DNA of 64,000 nucleotides, from the NCBI GenBank assembly GCA_964016885.1, contig OZ024751.1, forward strand, positions 37,262,001 through 37,326,000, read 5' to 3'. Under the pieces are notes generated by a model. That model did no database searches. It saw nothing but the letters and a program-made list of their open reading frames with translations, and was not told the origin of the DNA. The number at the start of each line of letters is the position of its first letter. Positions within the stretch are counted from its first letter, which is position 1. This stretch comes from Eledone cirrhosa. Taxonomy: Eukaryota. Shown piece by piece: positions 1-14,110 of the stretch. The translations under genes and the position numbers were made by a program.

Positions 1-279
1 ATGTGAGAGAACCCCTACCGATGCGCTGAACGAGTGTGACTTTTTAGTCCAGCCAGCGACTTGAAAACTCTGGTACAAACACTACACTTGTGACAATTAT
101 TGACACATAGTGCTGGGCCCATGGTACCACGTGAGGACAAGTGCAGAGAGATCTCCAGATATAAAGCAATGCCTGTGCCGTGAAGCTTTTATAGTGAGCA
201 AAAGCACACATATATAAACACACATACCTAGGTATTTATATGCACATCAACATTGATATATAATGTATATAATATACGA

Positions 280-539
280 GTGTAAAGGTGTTGGGCTTAT
301 GACCCTACCATCGGGGCTTCGATTCCTATACAGTCTCTTTTGCTCTTGAGAAAAACATCTTGTTTCACGGTACTCCAGAATATCCAGCTGAAAATGAGTA
401 CCAGCTATAGCAGGGGCTATAAAACTGTGATGGAGTGGTGTCCTATCTAGTGGGGTGTCTTGTACTCTCTATCACTTTCTGCCATGGAAACCAGATTAAG
501 AACCGACACAACGAGACTCCAGGCTCGAGACAGAATTTA
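280..539 (+). mobile_element. Degenerate tRNA-derived SINE (family S2; CORE/V-like body)
   Basis: B-box-like ggcttcgattcc, then cagctgaaaatgagtaccag and gatggagtggtgtcctatctagtgggg...gccatggaaaccag. Homologous to the reverse complement of 61900-62142. Confidence 0.7.
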
Positions 540-1322
540 GAATGTCTATTGCGTTCCATAATTATGACATGAAAGCTATTTAACCTTATTCAAGCAGGTG
601 GCTCCCGTATATATTGCTATATCGGGTGTTGATAGGTAACTGTGAACAATAAAATATTGCTAAAGACTGAAGAACTACTTGGTGAGATAAACATCACCAG
701 ATACAATACCCAATAACACAAAGAAGAAAACAACTGAAGATAATTGAAGGGAATATCGTTGACAGAGATGTCAACACCAGGAAGAAATGCTGAGAGAATA
801 TATATCGGAAAACAAACATAAGAAATTATGATTTCCTTAGTTTCGGAGGAGATTATTTCGCAATATCAATATGATGTTGTTTCATCGTCTGAAAGCCACA
901 TTATTAGTGAAAACTTGCCAGTATGATAGACGATCGTAGTCACTAAATTGAAGATATTTTTAATAACATAAAGTAACGTGTTATGCCAAATCGATGTTAT
1001 AGATGATAACCAATATGATAGATTTGTTTCAATAATGATTATGAGAGAAAAGTAATACAATATCGTTTGACAAACATCTAAGACACATAAACAAGAGAAG
1101 AGATAATGAAATATTTAACTGATATAAATGATATATGAGATTAATTTATTGTAAATACAGATATGTTAGACGCAAAATGTTGTGGATATTTTAGACGTTT
1201 TTCCTATTTTATTCTTATCTTCTACTAGGAAATATAGCAAAACATATGGCTTAAGAGATAAAACTATTTAATCTCCATTTAAATCAGAATCTAGAGCACC
1301 CTCACACTCACGTATTTATCCT

Positions 1323-1326
<4 letters not shown>

Positions 1327-1383
<57 letters not shown>
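1327..1383. repeat. (CA)n microsatellite
   Basis: Pure CA tract seen directly. Confidence 0.95.
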
Positions 1384-1386
<3 letters not shown>

Positions 1387-1451
1387 TAAGTACATAAATG
1401 TAAATATTTATCTACATATCTACACATCTATCACTCAGCATATGAATGTAA

Positions 1452-1483
<32 letters not shown>

Positions 1484-2534
1484 ATACATATATATATTAT
1501 TATATGTTTGTTTATATTGGGGTTATATATATATATATAGTATATGTATGTTTATATTGGGTATATATATATATATAGTATATGTATGTTTATATTGGGT
1601 TTATATATAGATATATATAGATATATTCATTTATGTAATTGCGTATGTGTGTACTCGTACTACAAACATACCGAAACAGCAGAAGGTTAATCCTAAAATG
1701 CAAGAAGGTTAAATAAATAAATAAAATAAATAAATAAAATAAAATAAATAAATAAAATAAAATAAATAATGAAATACATGAATATATAAATATATAAATA
1801 CATAAATTCGTAAACATATGAATAAATAACAGCAAGGAAAATAGATATTGTTTTTGCATGCGTGCAAATATATGTTGACAAATTCTATGCTTTAATACAG
1901 AATAACTACTTTCGCTGCAAATCCCTTTTCGCTAGTATTTTGAAATGTCTTAGAATAGCAAAAACCACTTACATATATCCATCTAACCCCTCTCTCCTCC
2001 AATACAACAAACGTCGTACGTGCGTGTGTTGGTATGATGGATGTGTGTGTGTATGTGTGTGTTAAACAAATCTAGCTTAATCTACTTTATATCTGCTCTT
2101 GTCATTTACTTTGCTTTTAACACTTGCACTTATTTATTAGTTTGTATTTGTTACAGTGTTGTTTGTTGGTGTAGCAGCGGTGGTGGCGGCGCTGTAGTCC
2201 TTATTGTATTATTGGTGTTGTCGTCGTTACTGTAAAGTCCTATGTTTTCTTCTCTTGTTGTATATTATATTCTTTCATCTACTTTCGTATTTAGTTTACG
2301 GTTTATCTTCTTTACCATCATTTCTGCTATTTTGATCGATAAACTCGGCTTTGTGGTTACATGCTAATACAATTTATATGTTCTCCTCTTTGTTTCCATG
2401 TATGTTTTTCTTAGTTTCTTCTATCTCTCTTTCTCTCCTTTTCTCTTTCTTTATTTCCCGTTAGTGATTACTATATCCTTTCCTGACTCTATACTCCGCT
2501 TCCCAAATATTTGTCACTTACATATATTCGTTCG

Positions 2535-2981
2535 CACGCACACACACACACATACACACATATATATACGCATATATACATACATATATACATATATATA
2601 CGCATATATACATACATATATACATATATATACGCATATATACATACATATATACATATATATACGCATATATACATACATATATACATACATATATACG
2701 TATACATACATACATACATATATACGTATACATACATACATACATATATACGTATACATACATACATACATATATACGTATACATACATACATATATACA
2801 TATTTATATACACATATATATACACATATATATACACATATATATACATATATATATATACATATTTATATACATATTTATATACACATATATATACATA
2901 TATATATATACATATATATATACATATTTGTATACACATATATACATATATATACATATATATTTGTATACACATATATAC

Positions 2982-3021
<40 letters not shown>

Positions 3022-3051
3022 ATATACACACACCTACACACACATATACGA

Positions 3052-3088
<37 letters not shown>

Positions 3089-3130
3089 CATGCGCGCGCG
3101 TGTGTGCATATATATGTGTGTACGTGTGTA
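2535..3130. repeat. Compound (TA/CA/TACA)n microsatellite
   Basis: About 600 bp of alternating purine-pyrimidine repeats; source of several spurious ORFs. Confidence 0.95.
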
Positions 3131-3534
3131 TGTAGATCAATATACTTACATACATTCATACATATATAACAAGGTATTTTCATCATCTTCATCATATTAT
3201 GAAGAATCCTGTCAGGATAGAACTAAAACAACATATGTTTTATTTCCTTTTTATTTATTTTTCTGTCATTTACTCTAGAAAATCTCTCAAATCCGAGTCG
3301 TCTGCTATTCCTGGATATATACTGATTTGTAACACACAAATATATCCTATGATGTAGGAATTAGTAATCTTATATAAATATCAGACTAAGTAAGCCTTAA
3401 TGTCAGAACATACAGTATTGTGTTGTTAATATTGATATTGATGTCTGTGACTGGTTGGAACCTTCTTTAGGATTAGCTGGAAATTATACATACATACATA
3501 CATACATACATACATACATACATACATACATACA

Positions 3535-3584
<50 letters not shown>

Positions 3585-3647
3585 TGTCTGTGTGTGTGTG
3601 AGTGTGTGAGAGAGCATATATGCTGCTCATTATATATATATAAACAG

Positions 3648-3833
3648 GGCGGTGGATTGGCAGTATCGGTAAGGGTCGGACGCCATGCTTTGAAGCATAG
3701 AGTTACCCCCCTTTATGATCTGAGTTCAAATCCCGCCGAGGTTAACTTTGCCTTTCATCCTTACGGGGTCGATAAAATAAAGTACCAGTAATGCACTGGA
3801 ATAATTGCTGGCCTTGTGCCAAAAGTAGAAACA
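3648..3833 (+). mobile_element. tRNA-derived SINE (family S1) with 18-bp TSD
   Basis: A-box-like tggcagtatcgg, B-box gagttcaaatccc, body ctttgcctttcatccttacggggtcgataaaataaagtaccag shared with three other copies. attatatatatataaaca occurs at 3629-3646 and 3834-3851. Confidence 0.9.
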
Positions 3834-4509
3834 ATTATATATATATAAACATATATGCTATTCTCATTATACATATGCCTATATATACAATTCCAAGTGA
3901 AATGTGTTAGTTGATCAAGCAATATATATATATAAGGGCGGTGCCACAGCATAGCCTCAGTCGGATGGCTAGGTAAAAGAGTAAAAGAATGTGTGTACGT
4001 GGGAGTATGTTTGTGTATCAGGGAATTCCTTGCATTCTCTATCCCCTATATTTCTTTGGAAAACGCGTTATTCTAGTGGTTGTTTCTGTAGAATATAATA
4101 CCCAACATCGGTGTTGTGACTAAAGAATATGTGTTAAGGTAAGAAATCGATTAAGGTTTTTATTGGTAAAACGTTTGTACTTGTGAAACGAAAACGTCGT
4201 TAATAGAAGGTGACCGGTCTCTCAGCTTCCAGCGATATCTTCACACATACTCGAACCCCAAAATGTTTTTATGTATTACATCTCGACCTACTATAATTGT
4301 ATTCCAATTCTGTCTACAATGGCAACGAATGCGCTTATATGAGAAGTATCCATAGATAATGTCTTTCTCGGTGCACGTTTATTTATCTCTCGGAATAAAC
4401 AAATACTTATACAACACATACACATATGAAAAGAAGAGATTCGATCATTAGAGTGAACCTAGGAATCAATATTTATGTTAGTTTTTCCGTTGTTACTAGC
4501 CTTTGACTA

Positions 4510-4645
4510 CTGTTGTAACTTCTGGTAGAAGGAGCACCGTGGAATAAATTAGTTTACACAATAACAGAATGTGCTGCTTCATCAAAGAATCGAATCCACG
4601 ATATAATAATCATGAGATACTCTAACCACTAGGCCAAACACCTCT
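4510..4645 (-). mobile_element. SINE 5' fragment (tRNA-like head)
   Basis: Minus strand reads ggcctagtggttagagt...ggattcgattc, resembling A and B boxes. Confidence 0.5.
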
Positions 4646-5764
4646 TTCACATTCAAATATGCAAATGTGTTTCTATGGCAATTTTATGGTCTTAAAGTAA
4701 CAGTGTCTATTTTAGCAGAATGAGCAAATATAATATCGTGTTGATATACTGTCAGCTCCGAATATATGAGATTGGACGTTTAAATTTCGATTATTTTCTC
4801 GTGTACTTTAAGTGAGAAGCATCAACATTGCGTCGTTTAAAACATGTAACATAATAAATACGATTCTGATGGCTCTGTTGTTGTAAATCAATACTCGATG
4901 TTTAAAAATTCTGATTCAGTCAGTATGTCATATTAGTATATGTATGGAAAGAGGTTATATTAGATTCGCTAGCAACATATAGTTTTGTTTGTGGCTGTAA
5001 TAGATAAATTAGATTTCTCTGATATTACTAACAGCAGCAGGTGAAAGATTACGGATTATTGTATGCCGCTCTACGAATTTGTCGGGTATTCAAAAGCATT
5101 TGATCTTGTAACTGCAGTTATCTTACAAATTGTTCGTGATCAGCCTGGAGGAATGGAAGTGGTTGGTTGTAAGGAGAAGAATATATTTGTTGTGTAATCT
5201 GATTTCTTTCTACAGATAATTTGTTTAAGATACCGCATGTGGTTAACTTATAGACTTTGTCTTACGGTATACGATAACAAATGCTTATAATGATGCTATA
5301 TTTTCTGATATTCTGCTTTTAAAGTTCACTGGATTATGATGAATAAATTCTCTATATTCCTGCCCTTGAAAACGTTTTCAGCGCGTCGTTTAAGATAATT
5401 TCTTTAAAGGCCATCAATATATGGATTTTACGGATTACTAACCAATACCTTACTTCACGTAGGTATTTCGTATAACACATTCCAAAATATACTTCAAGAA
5501 ATAACCATATAGATCTATGGATTTGGTGACAGAATTGTATAAGAGCGAAATAAAATGTCTGTAAATCCCAAATTATTTTATTGCAGATGTTTAGTGAACT
5601 ATAACATTTCAGATTAAGATAAACTGTTAACATAGTTCACAGGAAATATCTAGTAAATTTGGATGGTGGAGAATATCTGTGAATACTTTATTTACACAGT
5701 AAATACATACTGAATGAAAGATCTCTACTTTGCTTCTCTTGAAGAAATAAGTTTATAAGTAAAC

Positions 5765-5945
5765 ATATTACGTTCAGGAACGACAACATCAGAAATACAC
5801 TGGGTACAATAACATACCATTGTCATAGACAGCACGAAAACTATGCTCGTCCGAACACCTGAACAGAATGTCAACCTATTAAATTACAAGTCGGTTCGTC
5901 TTGAGTAAGACGCAGAGCTGTCTTGGACAAGGAAGTCTAGATGCC
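5765..5945 (+). pseudogene. Highly decayed RTE-like LINE C-terminal fragment
   Basis: Frame-shifted translation RNDNIRNTLG...RKLCSSEHLNRMS...LGQGS resembles the RTE pattern RNxDIR...RKLRWFGHLxRM...RGRP. Confidence 0.4.
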
Positions 5946-6246
5946 GACATAGGTGAACGTGGCAGTGTCTTACACACGCCCTTCCATCGTAAGCAATCAT
6001 GTAAGGGCAAACCTTTCCAGGGACAAGTGCCCTGGTTCCTTCTCTTTGCAACAACACCAAGAGCACAACCGGAGAGATCAACTGAAGCAATTAACTCCTT
6101 CAGATGTTCTATTACAGAAACAAAGTGTTCTCAGCGTGTGAGAGTATATACCAAATACTCAGACTGAGTTGAAATGCTATATATATACACACATTTATAC
6201 AGATTATATATGTGTGTGAACATAGAGAGAGAAAAAAGAACAAATG

Positions 6247-6305
<59 letters not shown>
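6247..6305. repeat. (GATA)n microsatellite
   Basis: Seen directly. Confidence 0.95.
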
Positions 6306-6306
<1 letters not shown>

Positions 6307-6555
6307 TGTATTTATATATACGTATATATGTTTGTGAGTATGTGCCTTTTCAATGGATCTGTATGTGTACTTTACAGTCCTGTTGTTAACGCCTCTATAA
6401 TATGGAACACATATTTCATTATGGACACATATATAAAGAAACATATACTTGTAAATTCACTTTACAAGTATCCATTTTCATAATCATAACGTTGACATTT
6501 CCTAGAGCCAGTTAAGTTATTCAATAACTATCTAACATAATGCAATCAATTAGAG

Positions 6556-6599
<44 letters not shown>

Positions 6600-6602
<3 letters not shown>

Positions 6603-6665
6603 AACAAACATACCTATATACATACATATATATATACACACACACACAGTGCTACAAAATGTATG

Positions 6666-6715
<50 letters not shown>

Positions 6716-6780
6716 TATACAAACATACCCATATACATACATATATATACACACACACAATGCTACAAATTGTATGCATG

Positions 6781-6814
<34 letters not shown>

Positions 6815-6878
6815 CAAACAAACATACCCATATACATACATATATATACACACACACATAATGCTACAAATTGTATGC

Positions 6879-6935
<57 letters not shown>

Positions 6936-7115
6936 AACAAACATACCCATATACATACATATATATACACACACACATAATGCTACAAATTGTATGCATG
7001 TATATATATGTATATATAAATATATATATATATGTATATATATGTATATATACAAACAAACATACCCATATACATACATATATATACACACACACACATA
7101 ATGCTACAAATTGTA
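6600..7115 (+). repeat. Five-copy tandem array of about 115 bp (conserved core plus variable (TA)n)
   Basis: Core caaacaaacatacccatatacatac...aatgctacaaattgtatg recurs near 6601, 6718, 6813, 6932 and 7051. Confidence 0.9.
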
Positions 7116-7221
7116 TGTATGTATGTATGTATATATATAAAGCTATAAACTCTATATATATTTGTTTTATTATATATATATATATATATGACATTTTTTT
7201 CTACTGAATAAATATGTATTA

Positions 7222-7357
<136 letters not shown>

Positions 7358-7932
7358 TTATGTTTGCTTTGAAAATCTAATTTAAACATAATGGAAAAAT
7401 AGATTTTTACCAACGAAGATTCGTAGGTGGTGTTCGTAAAGGAAAATCATGCTAGATAAACAACTGGTTGAGAATTACCATATCCTTGCACTATTATCCG
7501 ACATTCTACACATTTATATCGATTCTATCTAACAGCATACATTAAAATTTTCCCTGGCTGGCATGTCTATTTAACAAATAAAAATAAATGAGTTAATGAA
7601 ATTCCTACGGATATATCTATTTACGAGCCTTTCACTTAACTAGATTAAATGTTCCCCACATGTGGTTACTCTGAGCAACTTTCTCACTAACGTCTTGACG
7701 CATTCTGCACAATTATATTTTATTATATTATATTATATTATATATTGCAACACTGTATATTATCCGATTCGTCTTCGGAGTAATTGAAAGATGTATATTT
7801 CATTGTATGTATCTACTTCGTACTTACTCACTCAGACACACACAAAACACCAACACGCACGTACACACATACACATACACACACATATATATATATATAT
7901 GTTTGTATTAATGTGTGTGTGTGTTTATATGA

Positions 7933-7988
<56 letters not shown>

Positions 7989-8758
7989 ACATACACAGTC
8001 ACACACACGTATTTGCACACAGACATATATCTAAATGGAAAAGACAGCGAAGATGTATATCAGATAATATATTAGAAGGTATTTACAATCATATGTTCAA
8101 TAAACAGTTTTAATAAACATGCTTTAAGAATGAATTCGGAGGTTAAAAGATAAAGTTTGTTACATCTAGAGAGAGGAAGATCGAGGCGGATAATGATCTA
8201 CTTCGTTCTTTCGTTAAGTATAGTCACAATATTCAATCATTTTTCCGATTTAGAATCTCGTCTACTTATGAAAACTGGAAGTTGACAGAGTTTATTTAAA
8301 TTGGGGATAGTATGTCTTCTGCGTTCCAATCACACCAAAGTTCACATTGGTTTTCATCATTTTGTGGTCAACAAATGTAGTTGATAAATTATATATATAT
8401 ATTTATATATATAACGGTCTTTTTCAGTTTTTAACGTTATTCTAATTAGCATATTCATCTCGAGGTTTGAAGTTTTGTTCACTATTCACATAGAACTCAC
8501 AACGCAGAAATAAATATTTCGAAAAACGTTGCAACCGAAGGAAAACAGGAAGACGATACTTTCGGTCGTGAAAACGTTCCCTGGCAATGAACGAAAAAAA
8601 AAAACGAAATTAATACATCGTTATTTTAATAAATATTTGCTCTAGGGTTCTTATATCTCTTTGGATTTTAGTCTTCGCATTTATTATTATTACTATATAT
8701 ATATATATATATATATATCACTCTCTCTTTTACATACCAACACATATTCTCTCTCTCT

Positions 8759-8809
<51 letters not shown>

Positions 8810-8924
8810 TATATATTCATAAATAACTGTTGAATCTATTTGTTTCAACTGTTAGCTATGTTAATCTATCACAGATGCTTGGTGTCTTTCTTTATTCATA
8901 TCTATTTTAATGTACGTTTGGCCG

Positions 8925-9042
8925 AATTAGATATAGAATAAGAGCTAGTATTAATTAGATATAGAAAGAGAGCTAGTATTAATTAGATATAGAAAGAGAG
9001 CTAGTATTAATTAGATAGAGAATGAGAGCTAGTATTAATTAG
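8925..9042 (+). repeat. 28-bp minisatellite, about 4 copies
   Basis: Unit aattagatatagaaagagagctagtatt. Confidence 0.9.
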
Positions 9043-10324
9043 TTGTAGTACTAACACGTCGTGTGTATGCGGATATATATGTAAGTGCTGGTGAATATGC
9101 GTTTATTCGTTAGTTTGTAAATTGTTACTTATCTATGTGAATCTAGAATTATATAATTTATTTATGAACTAATTCGATCCAGAAGAAGCCATAGAGTGCT
9201 CTACATATACTTTATTATCACAAATATATTATTCTGTCCCCGATACGTATATAATATTTATATGACAGTATGTGCGAAATGAGCTTTGAGTCATAAAGAA
9301 AAGATAACAAATAACAGTATATACTATAAATATGAATAAATATAGGAATAAAAACATAACACATGGATAATGCTGCTAATAACTACCAGAACGCCAAAGC
9401 CGTCAATACCATCGGAAAATAACATATGCAGCGCCATTTTCAGACGAATACGGCAACTTTGAAGTGAAGTAATAGTACGCGACGATGCACAGTCGAGATG
9501 CTATATTTCATAAGCAAAAACAAAACCAAATAATACAAAAGAAATCATAATAATAATAATAATAATGATAATAATAATAATAATAATACAAATAATAATA
9601 CTATAATAATGATTAATGGAAATAACGAAACAAACAATCATCGAGTTTGCTTCTGTTTTACCCTTGTGGCATATGAAGAAAGCTAAATCTATAGAAACAC
9701 ATTTTCCTCCAATGTATCTAGCATGATGATGCGCATGTTGATGGAGATATGATCTAAATGTGTTTCATAATGGGATATATGTTTATGCATTATTCATAAT
9801 AACACCGAAAATAAAAGCTTTTACCCCCCTTTCCTATAAGCAGTTCTATAGAACTATTTCGTATAATCGTATTAACTTAGTTTATTTCGCCAATCGCTAG
9901 TAGGTTTTAATGACAAGATATAGTTTTTTTATCACCTAATTATCTTTCTTCGACAAAAAGATTTAATCAAATAACTTTCCATGCTAGCTAATATAGATGT
10001 TAATCTCGACGTGTTATGATATTTATTTTACGTTCTTATCGGCTGTTACAAACATAACTCACAAAATTGACAAAAAAAAAAAAAAATCTAAAACACTAAA
10101 AGAACTGCCGAAAACATAAATTTAACTGAAATATTTTTAATGATGATATTGCGGAAAAATAATACGTACTTAAGAAAAGTTGAAATATATACTTACTTAA
10201 GAAAACAACTTCATATCTTATATATATATATATATAATAGTATAGTATATATGTTATGTGAATAGGTGGATAATGTTTTTATCATCATACGTGATATCTT
10301 ATAAATTATTTATACTTTAGTTCG

Positions 10325-10545
10325 AGTATTGAAGTACATTGTGTCCTTGAGCAAGACACTTTATTTCACCTTATCCAGTTTACTTAGCTGTAGAAATGAG
10401 TTGCGACGTCATAGGTTTCAAGCTGTATCGGATTTACCCTTTCCCTTGGATAACATTGGTGGATTGGAGAGTTGAGACTGGTATGAATAGGCAACTGCTG
10501 GTCTACCTCAATCAACCTTTTACGGAATTGTGCCTCAGAGAGTGA
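10325..10545 (+). mobile_element. Old SINE with CORE-like domain
   Basis: gtgtccttgagcaagacactttatttcac...agctgtagaaatgag resembles a CORE-type SINE body. Confidence 0.6.
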
Positions 10546-10584
10546 AATAATAGACGTGAGAAATATATATAGTGGAAGAAGTGA

Positions 10585-10730
10585 TCTTAGTACTAGACTG
10601 GTATTTTTTATCAACCTCGAATGTATGAAAGGCAAAGTTGACTTCGGTGAGATTTGAACTTATAGAAGGAAGAGTCAAAACGAATACTGTAAAATATGTT
10701 ATCCGATGTTCTAACGACAATTCTCCAGCT
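10585..10730 (-). mobile_element. Old S1-related SINE
   Basis: Plus strand tgaaaggcaaagttgacttcggtgagatttgaact is the reverse complement of the S1 B-box and body. Confidence 0.7.
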
Positions 10731-10745
10731 TTATTTGTTCATTAT

Positions 10746-10928
10746 GCGGTGAATTGGCAGTATCGCTAGAGGGTTGGACGCCATGCTTTCTAGCATAGTT
10801 ACGTCCCTTCACAGTCTGAGTTCAAATCCCGCCGAGGTTAACTTTGCCTTTCATCCTTACGGGGTCGATAAAATAAAGTACCAGTGATGTACCGGTTGAT
10901 TGCTGGCCTTGTGCCTAAAGTAGAAATA
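10746..10928 (+). mobile_element. tRNA-derived SINE (family S1) with TSD
   Basis: Near-identical to 3648-3833. tttatttgttcattatgcg occurs at 10730-10748 and 10929-10947. Confidence 0.9.
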
Positions 10929-11949
10929 TTTATTTGTTCATTATGCGAGGACAGATCCTAAATGCCTTCATATATACCCCTGTTGTGATTCTGGTTAAAT
11001 TAGTGTTACTGGTAAGTTGCACAACTGTTATTGGACTACAATAGAAATGGGTAAATACTAGCAATACTATATAACTAATAATGTGCTTTCTTCTAATCTC
11101 AAATATGGTTCAAACACATTGCGTTAAAAACGTTTATGCTTTCTCACTAAATTATTGTTTACTAAAACATCAAATAATGTGTGTATTTTTTTAAAGTTTC
11201 GTAGAGTTCAATGCAATTCATTGCTAAACTATTGGAAATATATAAAAAAAAAGTCTAACCATTTAATTATTAATTCAGCTGCAAAATGTTTGAAATAAAA
11301 ATGAAGTTTCAGATTTAATTCAGGTGAGAAAGCGCAACAAACATTTCACTCGGTATATTTTCAATTTATTCTGATGAAAGAATTCTATGTATTTCATAAA
11401 CATTTCAGAATATGTTTCTGTGGCAGAACAATTATTTTTTATGTCTTTCACAGGAAGGGATATAGAACTGAATAGATACAATTCGATGTCTCAGGAGAGA
11501 ATTTTGATGTGTGTTTTCATTTCACAGATGTGAAGTTCACATGGTGCTTTGAGGAATGTTGGTGGGTCATAAAAACATAATTTGGCATTTTGTGAACCTG
11601 CTGCTCGCGCTGACAGATAATTCTATTTGGCAGTGGCAGTCACATATATATTGGGAGAGAGATGGAGAGAGAGGGGGGGGGGCAGAGAGAGAGATAGAGA
11701 GAGAGAGGGGCAGAAAGAGAGAGATTGTGAGAGACGGAGGAAAGTTATATTTGAATTATGAACATACAACAATTCATACCAATGTCAAAAGCACGAATTG
11801 ACAATCATATTTAGAGAGGGTTGTTATGCTTCACTAGCGAGTGTATAGAAATTAAATCAAAGCAAGGATGTGTAGAGAGATGTATTTGAGCGTGTGGAAT
11901 TGCGTGGTCTTTGCAGTGAAACAAAGTAATAGGAATCAAATTATTTATA

Positions 11950-12273
11950 CACACATACATGCGCTTGTTAGTTTTCATTTCAATCTATTATAAATTTGCG
12001 GTTAGTTTCTTGGTTCGACAACCGGATAGTTGTCTATATATGGTCAAAGCTCTTTTGTCGCACATTCTGTGATCTCCTCATGGGTGTAGGCCAGAAAAAA
12101 TGAGGGATAACAAATAAAACCCTAGTCACTGAGGAAGTCACAGTTTGCGTGACGAAATAGCTTTGACAATACATAAACAACCATCCGGTTATCAACCAAC
12201 TAACCAACCAACGGAACTTTATAATAAATTGAAGTGAAAACCAACAGGAGCGTGTGTTTTTATTGGCAGCATG
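11950..12273. mobile_element. Old degenerate fold-back of PLE-like family E
   Basis: Both halves align to 61400-61884, in opposite orientations; the right arm keeps a hammerhead core. Confidence 0.75.
12125..12167 (+). ncRNA. Minimal type I hammerhead ribozyme (family E, decayed)
   Basis: gtca CTGAGGA a gtcac-agtttgc-gtgac GAAA tagctt tgac; stem I gtca/tgac. Confidence 0.6.
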
Positions 12274-12494
12274 TATATTGTGTATGAAGTGCTTAGCTGT
12301 CTAAATGAATTAGCTGTCTTAAAATGTATATAACGTTGGATGATAGGTAGTCATACTCCCTTGTCAGGCGTTCTATGTTAAAAACCAATTCTGATTTTAC
12401 GTCTTTCTAAATAGCAATGGCTGCATTGGCATTAAATAAATGAGCAAATATTGATTCTATTTTGCAAACAAATACATAGGGTCGCATGCTATAT

Positions 12495-12702
<208 letters not shown>

Positions 12703-12713
12703 AATATATATAT

Positions 12714-12762
12714 GTTCTTCATACGGATTGGACACTACCGTAAACTCTTGGTAGATTTATCT

Positions 12763-12764
<2 letters not shown>
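12714..12764 (+). mobile_element. 51-bp tail-only insertion of family C within (TA)n
   Basis: Exact reverse complement of 45103-45153; (TA)n on both sides. Confidence 0.85.
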
Positions 12765-12823
<59 letters not shown>

Positions 12824-12899
12824 TTTATATATATAAATATATATATATAAATATATATATATAAATATATATATATATAAATATATATATATATAAATA

Positions 12900-14016
12900 T
12901 TGTCATATTTGGGGAGGGTCATATTTGCGTAATATTGCCAGAATTAATAACAGAACACACTCACTGTTTGGTTGGTTTTCGCTTCTCGCTGTCTTTTATA
13001 TATATATATCTGCGATCTAACTTACTCGGTCCTCAATGTTGCCATTGACTGACCGGCGGTCAAAAATAATACAGATACAATATAGACAAACACATATATA
13101 TATAGTTTACATAATTTACATAAATCTTTCGTTGCACATCTGCAACATCGTCAGTGGTGTTATATTCATTGTTCCTCCTGTTGTGTTGTATGTCTACGCC
13201 ATTTTTTTTTTTTTTGTTCAGTCTGTCTATATATTTATTTATTTATTTGCTTGTTTGTTTATCTTATTTTATTTTGTCTTCTTTGCGCATGCGTTTGCGT
13301 GTGTGTATAGTGTTATGTGTGATGTGTGACTAGTGTGTATAGTGTTGTGTCTGCTGGGTGACTAGTGTGTGTTTATGTGCTTGTGTATGTATTTATTTAT
13401 CTTATTTTATTTATTTAATTTACCAAAGCTAAACAGAAAGAATGAGTGGAACAACAACAACACCCAAACAAACAACACTGACCTAAGAGAAGTATAAATA
13501 AATAAGTAAATTAAATTAAATAAATAAAATAAGATAAATAAATACACACTAGTCACCCAGCAGACACAACACTATACACACTAGTCACACATCACACATA
13601 ACACTATACACACACGCAAACGCATGCGCAAAGAAGACAAAATAAAATAAGATAAACAAACAAGCAAATAAATAAATAAATATATAGACAGACTGAACAC
13701 AAAAAAAAAAAAAATGGCGTAGACATACAACACAACAGGAGGAACAATGAATATAACACCACTGACGATGTTGCAGATGTGCAACGAAAGATTTATGTAA
13801 ATTATGTAAACTATATATATATGTGTTTGTCTATATTGTATCTGTATTATTTTTGATCGCCGGTCAGTCAATGGCAACATTGAGGACCGAGTAAGTTAGA
13901 TCGCAGATATATATATATAAAAGACAGCGAGAAGCGAAAACCAACCAAACAGTGAGTGTGTTCTCTTATTAATTCTGGCAATATTACGCAAATATGACCC
14001 TCCCCAAATATAACAA
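12900..14016. mobile_element. 1.1-kb fold-back element, PLE-like family A
   Basis: Near-identical inverted arms at about 12900-13421 and 13508-14016 with a short spacer. Terminus ttgtYataYttggggagggtcat is shared with family E. (TA)n on both sides. Confidence 0.85.
13755..13813 (+). ncRNA. Hammerhead-like motif (family A); mirror copy on minus strand at about 13103-13161
   Basis: CTGACGA t gttgca-gatg-tgcaac GAAA, then a possible stem III g(a)tttatgta/tatgtaaac and triplet CUA. Stem I is weak. Confidence 0.55.
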
Positions 14017-14059
14017 TATAAATATATATATATAAATATATATATAAATATATATATAA

Positions 14060-14110
<51 letters not shown>

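Noticed and set aside
3648-3735. tRNA gene
   Set aside because: The A and B boxes belong to a SINE head; no cloverleaf, and it continues into a repeated body with a TSD.
8545-8585. Hammerhead-like acga...tcgt GAAA acgttc cctg
   Set aside because: The CUGANGA half of the core is missing.
13036-13880. Two near-identical ORFs (97 and 99 aa) on opposite strands
   Set aside because: A by-product of the family A inverted arms; no recognisable domain, and antisense to the ribozyme strand.
12900-14016. Classing the fold-backs as DNA-transposon MITEs with TA TSDs
   Set aside because: Hammerhead cores, asymmetric tails, variable junctions and tail-only copies fit retrotransposition better. Family A alone looks symmetric, so it is not fully excluded there.
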